Source: Octopus bimaculoides (taxonomy: Eukaryota). From it: DNA of 64,000 bases. Where the stretch lies: contig NC_068989.1 of assembly GCF_001194135.2 (NCBI RefSeq), positions 73,224,328 to 73,288,327 on the forward strand, given 5' to 3'. The notes beneath the pieces are model-generated. The model searched no databases and was not told the DNA's origin. It saw only the letters and a list, made by a program, of their open reading frames with translations. Below, piece after piece: positions 52,731-64,000 of this stretch; the stretch's first letter is position 1, and every line of letters begins with the position of its first letter. Both the position numbers and the translations under genes were made by a program.

Positions 52731-53559
52731 CCAGTCTTTTAATGCGTCATTGTAATAAGCAGCACGATTACATCGTGTAATATTTCGTTATTCCGCATAG
52801 TAACGAAATATTACACAGTATAATTCTTCGGTGTAGCTTAACTGTTCGTTCGAATGTTGTCAGAATGTTCTTAAACGTTAGAAATAATCATTTTCACATG
52901 TAACATGGATATCATAAGATATTTCGTAGAGATAGCGTTAAATTTAGTTATATTAGTACCAAAACCTCACTGCTTCTGTTGCCAGTATAAAGAGAAGAAA
53001 AATTTCAAGTACCTATATACAAAACTCTGTTCGTAATGTAATGAAATGGAAGCAACCTTAATATCTTGTATTTCAACAGAATGCGTCTTTCTAAAATATT
53101 AGTTTATCGACCTTAGGTTTCTTAGAAAAATAAGAGTGACGCACACAGATATGCTTCTATTTGCCAAAAGGGTTTTATTAACTTTCTCAAATCAGAAAGC
53201 TGAAATATTTTGTGTGGTGATATATAGGTACATAATACATGTAATTACGCTACAAAGACGTGATACGAGTTATCTTGTAGCAACGCAAAATATATATATA
53301 TATATGTATGTATATATATATATGTGTGTGTGTGTGTGTTTTACCAAATATATTTCCTGGCAGGTGCCATGATATGAGTTAACTCGTATCATTGGGCAAA
53401 TAAAGTGTGTCTTTAGTGTTTCCACAACACACTCACAATGTTAGTTCCAGACGCCAGTTCATTTTAAGCGTCACAATAGAATAGACCTCTACAAGTATGC
53501 TCGTACCTGGCAAAATTGTATAGATTGCCAACTACGAGATAACTTGTAGTTGGCAGTCA

Positions 53560-53710
53560 ACGTGTTAAAAACATTCTCCAATATATTTACACACTCAGAC
53601 GCTCAGAAAGACGCTTCGTCACCTCACTGATCGAATATATCTGGAATGTCAGGGATGATAATATTGATGATTATAAAACTATACAGTCCAATGTAGAACA
53701 CAAGTCTCTT
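53560..53710 (+). mobile_element. Penelope-like element GIY-YIG C-terminal fragment
   Basis: FVTSLIEYIWNVRDDNIDDYK resembles the PLE motif TxLSKYIWxLKDxNIxYxIxW. Confidence 0.55.
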
Positions 53711-54239
53711 TGAATTAATGTTTCAATGACACGTGTTTTTTGTTTCGAAAATGTATTACATCCTATTATATATAGCCTTTTGCAATTTTAAACAAAAAAA
53801 TTGGGATTGTTAAATTCATGGGGACATTCCTTTGCTATTTATTGAGGAATTTACAACCACCTACTAGTTTCTTTCTACATTTCCATATTATAGATTTGTC
53901 ATATCCTGAAATGTGAACACATTTTGATAAAAAAAAAACAAAAAAACTTTCACTAAAACTATTGATATGTTTTATACGTACGACACTGAAGACACAGATA
54001 TGTTGCATGATTTTGTATGTGGACATATCACGTGCTTGGCACATGATAAATGAATTGATTAATGTGTGATGAATTTTGTAAGTATTTCTTGTTGTTATTG
54101 CAAGAATCAAATATTTATCACTAATCCCCTTTCGACGTGTTTATTAATATTTTAGCAGCTTCATTTCTCTAATCGCTTGGAAAATCGGCCACGTGAACTC
54201 AGAGTAATGATCCAGGAAGCTTCAAGCTTTAAATATGCA

Positions 54240-54460
54240 TATGTACGTATGTATGTATGTATGTATGTGTATGTATGTATGACTATATATATATATATAT
54301 GAGTTTGTGTGTATGCATGTGAATATGCGTGTATATGTATTATAAGTACACACATATAATACATACATACGTACATACATACATGCATACCTACATATAT
54401 ACATACACACATTTTCGCATGCATACATACACAAACTCATAAATATATTTATATACGTAT

Positions 54461-54504
<44 letters not shown>

Positions 54505-54580
54505 NNNNNNNNNNNNNNNNNNNNTACATATATATATATATACATATATATATACATATATATATATACATATATATATG
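54240..54580. repeat. Compound (TATG)/(TACA)/(TA) microsatellite field; similar at 60945-61025, 62085-62165, 55195-55250
   Basis: Direct reading. Confidence 0.9.
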
Positions 54581-55218
54581 TTGTTGTACTTGGGGATGGT
54601 CATATTGCCAGTTTATCCAATAAAAACACACGCACTGTATATTTGGTGTTAATTTGCTTCAGCTTTATATTACATTAATCTTAATCTTATTTCGGCCAGA
54701 GTTCTTTCCTCACACTTCTGTGACCTCAACAGTAAAATGAATTTATTTACATAACTGTCGATTACATAAGGCCTACGATCGTTTCAATATCTACCTCCAT
54801 TCACTTTACAATTAATAATTGCATTATGAATTTGAAAGCTAGAAATCTCATCAGGGTTAAAATCGACATATTTCCTTACACTTCAATAAACTGAGTGTTG
54901 ATTATAGACATAACTTGAGACAGCAGCATGCGTTTTCTGTCTGTGTGAGTGTGCGTTAGCATTTTTGTCTTGAAGCTGAATTGCTTTATGTGTCTTTTTA
55001 TTTTTATAAATATGTGCGTATTAGCTTTATTGTCTTTGGATTTCTGTTCTAAAAATAGCCAAAATTTTAAGTTTGACCATAGCAGGACAGTGGTTAGTTG
55101 TCATCCAGGACAATTTAGGTCAAACTACCATTCCCCCTAAAGGAATTCATATTGGTTTTTAGAGTTTGGATGTCGTTTTATATATATTCACATATACATA
55201 CATACATACATACATACA

Positions 55219-55254
<36 letters not shown>

Positions 55255-55729
55255 CACGCATATATATATATGACAAGAGATAATTTTTACCTCTTTTTAT
55301 AGAGACAAAAGGGTTTGTATGACTGCAAAAAAGAAGTGCTCAAATGTAACTGAGATAGAGATAAAAAACATTGATCAGAGAACAAACATCAAATTGGAGT
55401 CAACGACTTTATTCATAACACCACGCCCCCAAACATTTGATCATATATAAATATTACCATGACCTTTCAACATATAAAGAATACATATATAAAAAACAGA
55501 AGGTAAAAAATATATATGAAATGAAAATATAGATTTATAGAACGGCCTATCAGGAAGGTATATACAAGCGACTAAAAATTTTAAAGCGCGTCATGCGACT
55601 AAAAATCTAAATAAAATAAAATATCAATTGACTAAAAAGATTTTTCTTACGCCGCTCAAACAAAAAATATGTCAAAAAAGTTCATTTCATAAAAACCATG
55701 GTAGGTCGGAGTCCATGAGCGTAAAAGTG

Positions 55730-55787
<58 letters not shown>

Positions 55788-55914
55788 CATATACATACAC
55801 ACACACACATATATAAATACACACACACATATATATATGAAGGGGTCTATATAAGATATAGGACAACAGGAAAACTGTTCAATCTCAAAAGACTGTGCCA
55901 TATCTGCAATCGGT

Positions 55915-56370
55915 CGAGGTTGTTGTGTCCTAACATATGTGCTGCTTCTTTTAGTTTTCGTATTTTCCAGGGTGTTCTCTATCGATTATTTTAACTTCAT
56001 CCCGCTTGGGGAAGATGGTCTACATTTTTCCATATATGATCAGCTATACCCGATTTATCAATATCTCCTAGTGTCGCAGCTTTGCGATGTTCATCTACCC
56101 TTATTTAGACTCGAGATGCCGGGAAGAGCTGGTTACAAATATGAAGAAGAATTCCCTTTCATCTCTAACTGGATTCAGCAAAGGAAAAACTTGGTGTTGC
56201 TGGCGAGAGATGAGATGTGTGTTTTCTGCTGACACTCACATATCCCTGCCTTTGTTCTGGCTTGCATGGCAAGTGGTTAGGTACGTGTTCGCAGCTCTCC
56301 CAAACCTCTTTCGCCTTTGTATAACCCACCACAGCTGCATGGAATAGAGTAGATGCAGTCTTTGGTCATA
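55915..56370 (-). mobile_element. Penelope-like element GIY-YIG endonuclease fragment, interrupted
   Basis: KDCIYSIPCSCGGLYKGE...RVDEHRKA...KSGIADHIWKN...DEVKIIDREH...KIRKLKEAAHMLGHNNL across frameshifts. Confidence 0.85.
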
Positions 56371-56810
56371 TTCTCATACGTTTGCTGATTTACTTAAATT
56401 TAAGTTATTGGCTACTTGTTTTTTTTTTTTTCCTTAACTTATTATATTTTTTTTTCAAAGAAAATAAGATCTGATACATTTAAACTGTAATCTTCCTAAT
56501 CTGTAAAATGGACAGTGAAAATATGCAAAATTGCTTTTTATATTTTATCATGCTTGTAATCTTGAAAAATTCGGTTTTCCAGACGAAGGCAACAATGAAA
56601 ATATGTAAAATATTTCTACATCACTTTACATATTTTTTTTATGTTGTTGCCAAATCTCAGACTTATTTCTAACTCTGTGACAGACTTCCGTTGTGGATAA
56701 ATTTCCAAGAATATAAACAAAGAATACATATGTGTTCTTGAGAGTTTATCTACTGAAATCTAACATTTCAACAGTGAGACAAGTACGAACATACATAGAT
56801 AATAGATAAT

Positions 56811-56845
<35 letters not shown>

Positions 56846-57713
56846 CACATATATGTATGTATGTATGTGTGTGCGTGTGTGTATGTGTGTGTGTGTATGC
56901 ATGTGGTGTATGAAGATATATACACATAATTATTTGCAACAGAGGCAGTATTAGGTTAAAATAGCCATCAATGTATCATATGAAATGTAAATACATTGTC
57001 GAAAACCAAACTGACTGCGGTATTCATCCAAAGGTAATATGTCTTACGGATATGCTGTGTTTAAAAATACTATATATTGGAAGGAGTCGAAAATCATCCA
57101 GCAGCAGCAGCAGCAGCTAGGGAGAGCGCTAGATGTATTGCTGCCTCGTTGGACGTGTATGCACAATCAGCCGCATGCTTAGACAAAATTTACGGTATAA
57201 AGTTATATACTAGATTTGACAAATGTTTTGCATATTTTCACTTTTCCTCTTATAGATTTAATTTTGCAAAATAGGCATTAGATGGTCTCTTTCTTTGCCT
57301 CAAATACTCTAGCTCTCAAGAAACTTAGATATTTAGAAGCATAACCATGTACATTAAAATCAAATTAAGTAAATATGTAGGTTTGCATGTATGTATATAT
57401 GTATGTATATATGCTTCCATATGTGTATGCGTTTGTACGTTTGTATGCATGCACTCATATATGTACGTATGTTCTATTAAAAAGAATAAAATTGTTTGGA
57501 TCGAGACTGTTCTTTGCAGTCGAATTTTTTCCCCTTCCAATGCTTCCACAATGCCTGAAGTAATGGCTGATGATTTTGGTTTAAATAATATACTGATTGC
57601 GAATGAATTGCTATGTTATTTAAACATGTGTAGCATGGCATCTGTCTGTATATAGGGATTAGGATTCGGAATACCAGATACCATTGAGTTATTACGATTA
57701 CGTTAACTAATCT

Positions 57714-58012
57714 GGAAGGTGTTTATAAGCCATTTAAAAACACGCAAAAACCGTTAGATTCACTTCAACATTTAAATTTAATTTGTCAAAATATTTTCGT
57801 CACTGACAAAATTCTAGCACAGAATTTTGTCAGTGAACAGGTCGCGGTCTCAAAGCGACGAAAATATTTTGACAAAATTAAATTTAAATGTTGAAGTGAA
57901 TCTAACGGTTTTTGCGTGTTTTTAAATGGCTTATAAACACCTTCCACGCTGCAATTGTTTTCGTTCCAGCACACGATCTCAGATCAGGTCATTTGCTATG
58001 CAAGTACATCTC
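57714..58012. mobile_element. Fold-back insertion flanked by a 13-bp direct repeat (TSD-like)
   Basis: cgttaactaatct at 57701-57713 and 58013-58025; inverted arms span 57713-57946. Confidence 0.7.
57823..57879 (+). ncRNA. Hammerhead-like three-way junction with G3-C8 swapped core
   Basis: aattttgtca-GTGAACA-g-gtcgc(ggtctcaaa)gcgac-GAAA-a-ta-TTT-tgacaaaatt: 10-bp stem I, 5-bp stem II, palindromic stem III. Confidence 0.5.
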
Positions 58013-58437
58013 CGTTAACTAATCTTGTGACTGCATAATGAAATAAAAATGTTAATTCATTAGTATTCCTACAGTGCAGACCGCTGGCCAATTGCCGCTG
58101 GAGGCTACCGAAATTGTAATGTGAAAATTATTAAATAATTTAGGTGGCTAGACGCAATTTAAAACTAAAGAGGAAATAATTAACCGTCACTAAGAGTGAA
58201 CAAGGGTGCAGGGAGCACCAGCATTGCTAGAAATAAGAGTCATAGATTCGTTAGCCACAAAAGCACGTTCTATACATACATACATACATACATACATACA
58301 TACATACATACATACATGTGTGTGTGTATGTATGTGTGTGTATAAGGCGGTACTCCAGCATGGCCGCAGTCAAATGACTGAAACAAGTAAAAGAATAAAA
58401 AGAGTACTTATATATAAACATATATATATTGTTGTTG

Positions 58438-58866
58438 TTGGCACTCCGTCGCTTACGACGTCGAGGGTTCTTGTTGATCCTATCAACGGAACAGCCTGCT
58501 CGTGAAATTAACGTGCNNNNNNNNNNTTGTTGATCCTATCAACGGAACAGCCTGCTCGTGAAATTAACGTGCAAGTGGCTGAGCACTCCACAGACACGTG
58601 TACCCTCAACGTAGTTCTCAGGAGTATTCAACGTGACACATTGTGACAAGGCTGACCCTTTGAATTACAGGCACAACAGAAACAGGAAGTAAGAGTGAGA
58701 GAAAGTTGTGGTGAAAGAGTACAGCAGGGTTCGCCACCAACCCCTGCCGGAGCCTCGTGGAGCTTGAGGTGTTTTCGCTCAATAAACACTCACAACGCCC
58801 GGTCTGGGAATCGAAACCGCGATCCTATGACCGCGTGTCTGCTACCCTAACCATTGGGCGATTGAG
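58438..58866 (-). mobile_element. tRNA-headed SINE; near-identical family copy at 40985-41340(-)
   Basis: Minus strand gcggtttcgattcccagaccgggcg head; tail ...gacggagtgccaacaacaac. Confidence 0.8.
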
Positions 58867-59104
58867 CCTCCACCCAACATATATATATAGTGTGTACGTA
58901 TATGTGTGTAAGAGAGAGAGAGTACGTGTGTGTGTGTGTGTGTGTGTATGCGCGCCCGCGTGCGTGCATATGTGTGCGTGCGTTCGTGTGTATATGTGTG
59001 TAAATGACCTCGTTCACGCTGATTTTTTTTTATCTGTGATGTTGACCGTTAAAGCATGATATATGTTTTCCCTCCCACATAGCAATACCATGTCTTGTAG
59101 TTTA

Positions 59105-59420
59105 TATATTTGCTTTTCGCTAACATCTTGGCCAAAGATGTTAGCGAAAAGGTTGGCGCTTGTAGTTAGTAGTCTAGTCGAGGAGGTACAAACGTGCGCA
59201 ATCCCGAGCAGGTCTATCCACGACAACCTCCACCTTTTGCGATACATCGTAGAGAGGGCTGAAACTAAAGATGGCTTCGGTGACGCCCTGATCAATTTAG
59301 ATCAGCCGAAAGCTTTCGATAGGGTAGACCATCACTTGGAAGCCGTCTTCGGACTCGTTTTCAGAGGCTGGATTGCTGCAATGCACAGCGGCATTCTGGA
59401 ATACCCGTGTTTTGAAATGC
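59105..59420 (+). mobile_element. Tx1/L1-like LINE reverse-transcriptase fragment
   Basis: KMLAKRLALVVSSLVEEVQTCAIPSRSIHDNLHLLRYIVE...ALINLDQPKAFDRVDH (RT subdomains 2-3). Confidence 0.85.
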
Positions 59421-60763
59421 TGTGTCTTGTCAGCCAGAAGTAATCGAACAACGCCTGGAACAAATATATTCTTCCAAAATTTTTTTTTTTTTTTTTTTTT
59501 GCGTATTACCAATATATTGTTACATGACAGAGTCAAAGTTTGCCAACAATTTTAATTTCTTGCCCAAAAAGAAATTTCCAAAATTATTTCTCCGCTTCCT
59601 CTGTATGGAATTCCTAGGTCAGTTTTGATTTTAAAGGCCACCAATTTCGGGGCAGGGTTAAGTCAATTACATCGACACCAGTGTTTTCATCTGGTACTTA
59701 TTTTATCGATCTAGAAAAGACGAAAGGCAAAAGTCGGCTTCGGCGAAATTTGAACTCAGAACGTAAAGCATTTTGCCCAGCGTCCTAACGATTCTGCCAA
59801 CTCGCCGCCTTACGTTTATCGAATATTTGTAATTGAAAAATATTATCATAATTCATTAGCGCAACTTCGTATACTTTTTCATAGTTTTGTTTACTTAAAT
59901 TAGAATGTTTTATTTTTACTGTTTGTACATTTCAAATAAAGGACTCAAAACATATATAAATAATTTATTACTATAACCGGTGTCAATATTTGTGTCGCAA
60001 AACATCGTGACCATACGATGCAAGATTTGACTTGCTAAACATTATATACAAAAGGATAATTCTATTGAGAACATCTCGCCAGTTTTGCTTTCTGATGCAA
60101 TTTAAGCTTCAAGCTTAATGTTATTAATTCCGCTGTTTTCTAAAAGGATTCCTTTTTATTTTCTTACATTGAAAAGAAGCAGTATCCATGCGATTTTGCA
60201 TTTCCATGGGTGCTAAGCTTTTCTAGTACTTTCCAATATTAGAATCTATTTTCTTGTTCCAGTGCTGAATGACTGGCAAACAACAAAAGCAAAACGTTTT
60301 CTTCTCTCAAAGAATAAACAAGCTATAAGCGTTAAACTTCTCCATATGTGAAGTTCACATCATTCTTTTAAGCCATTTTTAATTTTTTTTTTTTTTTAGC
60401 TTTTTTGAACCATTATCGGATATGTGGGGAGCAAACAGCCTTTTACTATAACTGATAGAGTTTCAAACCCAAATTAACCCATTTTTATCCACAAGATATC
60501 TTATAACATTCTTTTTTATTCTTTTATTATTTTACTTGTTTCAGTCATTTGACTGTGGCCATGCTGGAGTACCGCATTTTAGTCGAAGAAATCGACCCCT
60601 GGACTTAGTCTTTGTAAGCCTGGTACTTATTCTGTCAGTCTATTTTGCTGAACCGCTAGATTACGGGGACGTAAACATACCAAAATCGGTTGTTAAGCGA
60701 TGGTGGAGGGACAAACAGACACAAACAAACAGCTATATACATCTACACGTACATACACACACG

Positions 60764-60799
<36 letters not shown>

Positions 60800-61780
60800 C
60801 ATACACATATAAACACACCTATACACACATATACGTATGTGTGTATGAATGTATGTTCTTTTCTATTTTTAATTATTCGAAATCTTGTGAGGAAGGAGGT
60901 GGTTTCTAATAAGGTTACAAAATTTCATCGCAGGAATGCATGCATGTATGTATGTATGCATGTATGTATGTATGTATGTACGCATGTATGTATGTATGTA
61001 TGTATGTATGTATGTATGTATGTATAAAAGGTGTTAAAATACTGGAATTTTTAATACCGACGTATGATACCGATGTTTTTGCACTAACTGTATTGACAGC
61101 AGTTATTGTGAAAGAATATTTATATAATTTTAAGTACCTAATTTAATATGCCCAAATTCTTTAAAAGATGTATCTTTTAATTAAATAATCAAAACCATGA
61201 GAAAACAAACGAAGTTATAGTAATGAATTATAATAATATTGTCTTCAATTACAAATATTCCACCAAAATTAATAAGCAGAAAAACTAAATATAAAAGAAA
61301 TATTTAGAATTATATATATTTTAAAAACTACAACTATGAGAAAAGTATTTTGAGGAAAAGCAGTTTGTTTGGAATAATTCATTTCACGACGCAGGTATGA
61401 CTGTGATTCAGAAGCATCCTTCTCAACCGTGTCGTTTTGAGTTCAGTCTCACTGCGTGGAAACTTGATCAAGTGTCTTCTACCATACCTCCTGAACGACC
61501 AAGGCCTTATGAGTAGATTCGGTTAAAAGGAAACTGAAAGAAGTTCGTCGATTATGAATGTGAATGTATGTATGTATGTATGTATGTCTCTTTTATTCTT
61601 TAATTATTATAAATTTTCTACTGAGGAGGGAAAAACTAAGGATACTGCTTGTATAACAGTGGCGCTCGTTTACAACTGTCACGCGATGTTATGGACAGGA
61701 GACACAAACACATACCTCCATACATACATACATACATACATATATACATACATACATATATACGTACGTACATACATCAC

Positions 61781-62495
61781 TGGAACTGTAAAAATCTGTA
61801 AAACTTTCCAGAAGTTTATCATTTAAGTATATACGAGCATGTCTAGACATGCAACTATATGTATGAGAATACATATTTGAAATAAAACTTACAAATCTGC
61901 ACATATACACACATACATATAAAAATACCCTGTTGATGTTAAAATTCCAGTGAAGGAGCCTTGGATCTGGGTTAGAAACCGGCCCTTTCTTTATTGACGA
62001 GAGATCTTGAAATAAAACTGAATAATACTCCAGCATGACCGAAGTTAAATAACTGAAACGAATAAAAGAATACATATATACATGCAAACATACATACATA
62101 CATACATACATACATACATACATACATACATACATACATACATACACACACACATACATACATAAAAACCTGGAAAAATTAGGGTTCTCAAAACCTGAAA
62201 GAAAAAGGCTGATTAGAAGACTACAGATTCAAGCCATCAATGGAACTGTAAAGATATGTAAAACTTTCCAAAAATTTAGCACATAAATACATATGCATGC
62301 ATCTAGACATAAAAACGCATCCATAAAACAAACATACAAATCTGCGCATACACTAACACCAAATACTGCACACACACACATATGCACAAATACCTAGATG
62401 ATGTTGATAAAAGTTCCAATGAAGGAGCCTTGAATCTATGTTAGAGTCCGGCTCTTTCTCTATGGACAAGAAATGCAGAAATGAAACTGATTGAT
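61781..62495 (+). repeat. Diverged tandem duplication (about 460-bp period) separated by (TACA)n
   Basis: tggaactgtaaa...aaaactttcca...gaaggagccttg...gttaga...ccggc occurs at both 61781-62030 and 62241-62495. Confidence 0.65.
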
Positions 62496-62574
62496 AACAT
62501 ACATACATACATACATACATACATACACAAACACGCACACGCACACACTTATATAATACATACATACAATACCA

Positions 62575-62855
62575 TCTGCAAAAAAGACTGTCCCGGAATA
62601 AACTTAGAAAACCCCTCTGTTATGGATACATTCATAAACACCAACTCAAGGAATATTGGTGGAATATTCCCGTCAAAACTTCTGTCAAATGTAAACATAA
62701 CAAGCCAGATATTGTTGTTTGGGGCAGAGGAGCAAAGGTATATACCATCATAGGGGCCAGCTACCCTGCAGATATAAATATCTCCTTGAAAATCAAAGAA
62801 AAAGAGGATATCTATGGACAACTGCTTCGAAACCTCCAGTTTCTATATTTCTGAC
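62575..62855 (+). mobile_element. Second RLE-type LINE fragment, same family as 35.9 kb
   Basis: gaatattggtggaatattcccgtcaaaacttctgtcaaatgtaaacataacaagccagatattgttgtttgg...aaaatcaaagaaaaagaggatatctatggacaactgctt is colinear with 35970-36150. Confidence 0.75.
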
Positions 62856-62856
62856 A

Positions 62857-63240
62857 GAATCGTTAGCAAACCGGGCGAAATGCTTAGCGGTATTTCGTCT
62901 GTCTTTACGTTCTGAGTTCAAATTCCGCCGATGTCGACTTTGCCTTTCATCCTTTCGGGGTCGATAAGTTACGTATCAGTTACGTGCTGGGGTCGATCTA
63001 GTCGACTGGCTCCCTCCCCGCAAATTTCGGGCCTTGTGCCTAGAGTAGAAAAGAATCCTTAGCATGCCGGGCAAAATGCTTAGCAGCATTTCGTTCGTCC
63101 TCATGTTCTGAGTTCAAATTCTGCCGAGGTCATCCTTTCAGGGTTGATAAAATAAGTACCAGTTGAGCACTGGGGTCAATGTACTCGATGACTTAGCCTC
63201 CTCCTCCGAAATTGCTGGTCTTGTGCCAAAATTTGAAACT
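62857..63240 (+). mobile_element. SINE tandem pair (family ggcgagctggcagaatcgttagc...); other copies about 9075-9460(-), 18640-18850(-), 28045-28470, 39113-39550, 43725-44300(-), 51757-51885, 59640-59812(-)
   Basis: gttctgagttcaaattccgcc B-box-like; tactggggtcgat core; often in head-to-tail arrays. Confidence 0.75.
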
Positions 63241-63745
63241 AATAATTACTACAGTTGGACCACTGGAGTAAACCGTATTCTACTGCTCAAGTTGTATGCA
63301 TTACTTTGAGCTACAAAAAGACGTCGCCTTACACCGTAACATACAATTGTACTGATGCCATAGCACAAACATCTTGTATGTCACTCTTTCAGCACCAATG
63401 TACTTCAATGAAAAGAAAATATCACTGTGTATTTTGTAATTTTATAATTCAAATTTTGTATCTTGCCTTTCAGACTCTCTAAACTCGATGTCTAGTTATG
63501 GAACTGCAAGACACTGGATAGTGTACGGTATACTTATACAAAGTCGTCTCATTTTGCACTATCCGTGCATGAAACTTGAAGTAGTTCAAGTTTCATGCAC
63601 TTGAGACGTGTGTGTGTGTAATTCTCATGCACGTGAAACTTGTGTGTGTGTGTGTAATTTGATTAACACATAACTCCTGTGCTAATCAAATTACACACAC
63701 ACACACACATGGTATATATGGTAAATGAACGACGGAAGACAGGAG

Positions 63746-63859
63746 ATTAATCACTATAATTGTTTCGACACATCTAGTATCGATCCCTCACAAGTGGGAT
63801 ACTTAACAACAGTTTCAGGAGCATCCGCCAGTGCAGATGTGTCTCTTCGGTAGATCAAT
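63746..63859 (-). ncRNA. Degenerate hammerhead-like motif with long stem II insertion
   Basis: Minus strand CCGAAGA-gacacatct...agatgtgtc-GAAAC-aatt-ATA; perfect 9-bp stem II; U4C and G16.2A changes. Confidence 0.45.
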
Positions 63860-64000
63860 AGATATAACTCGTTAAAATAACAGTTCCGCAATGTATCTTC
63901 TCATTTTGTGTAAAGAAAAGCAGCAAATTAAAGGATATGTCTTCATCTATATAGAAGATCAATAATAAAACAACATGCAAAAAGAAACGAACACACAAAA

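Noticed and set aside
58471-58572. 46-bp exact direct repeat in a SINE
   Set aside because: Flanks a 10-N gap; scaffolding artefact.
51858-62159. Many long ORFs rich in YI, CV, HT or MYVC, or containing X
   Set aside because: Translations of microsatellites and N gaps.

Overview
AT-rich, microsatellite- and retroposon-dense animal genomic DNA from a gapped short-read-type scaffold. The SINE, RTE and MITE families match those I recall from Octopus (coleoid cephalopod); the taxon is an inference. One protein-coding gene is firmly supported: an 8-coding-exon tRNA pseudouridine synthase-like 1 (PUSL1, TruA family) on the + strand, 21254-38714, 328 aa, reconstructed by hand with GT-AG boundaries, consistent phases and an intact SRTDAGVHA catalytic motif. 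It appears to share a CpG-rich bidirectional promoter (about 20.7-20.95 kb) with an unidentified minus-strand spliced transcript that has candidate exons at about 9.9 and 6.0 kb. The rest is SINEs, LINE fragments (RTE, Tx1/L1-like, R2/R4-type RLE), Penelope-like element (PLE) fragments, hAT/piggyBac/mariner MITEs and one young-looking solo LTR. The most unusual signals are several minimal hammerhead-ribozyme-like motifs. One has a canonical core and lies on the sense strand of a PUSL1 intron. Another has a compensatory G3-C8 core swap and sits inside a TSD-flanked fold-back insertion. No rRNA, tRNA or CRISPR array was seen. Most repeat boundaries are approximate.
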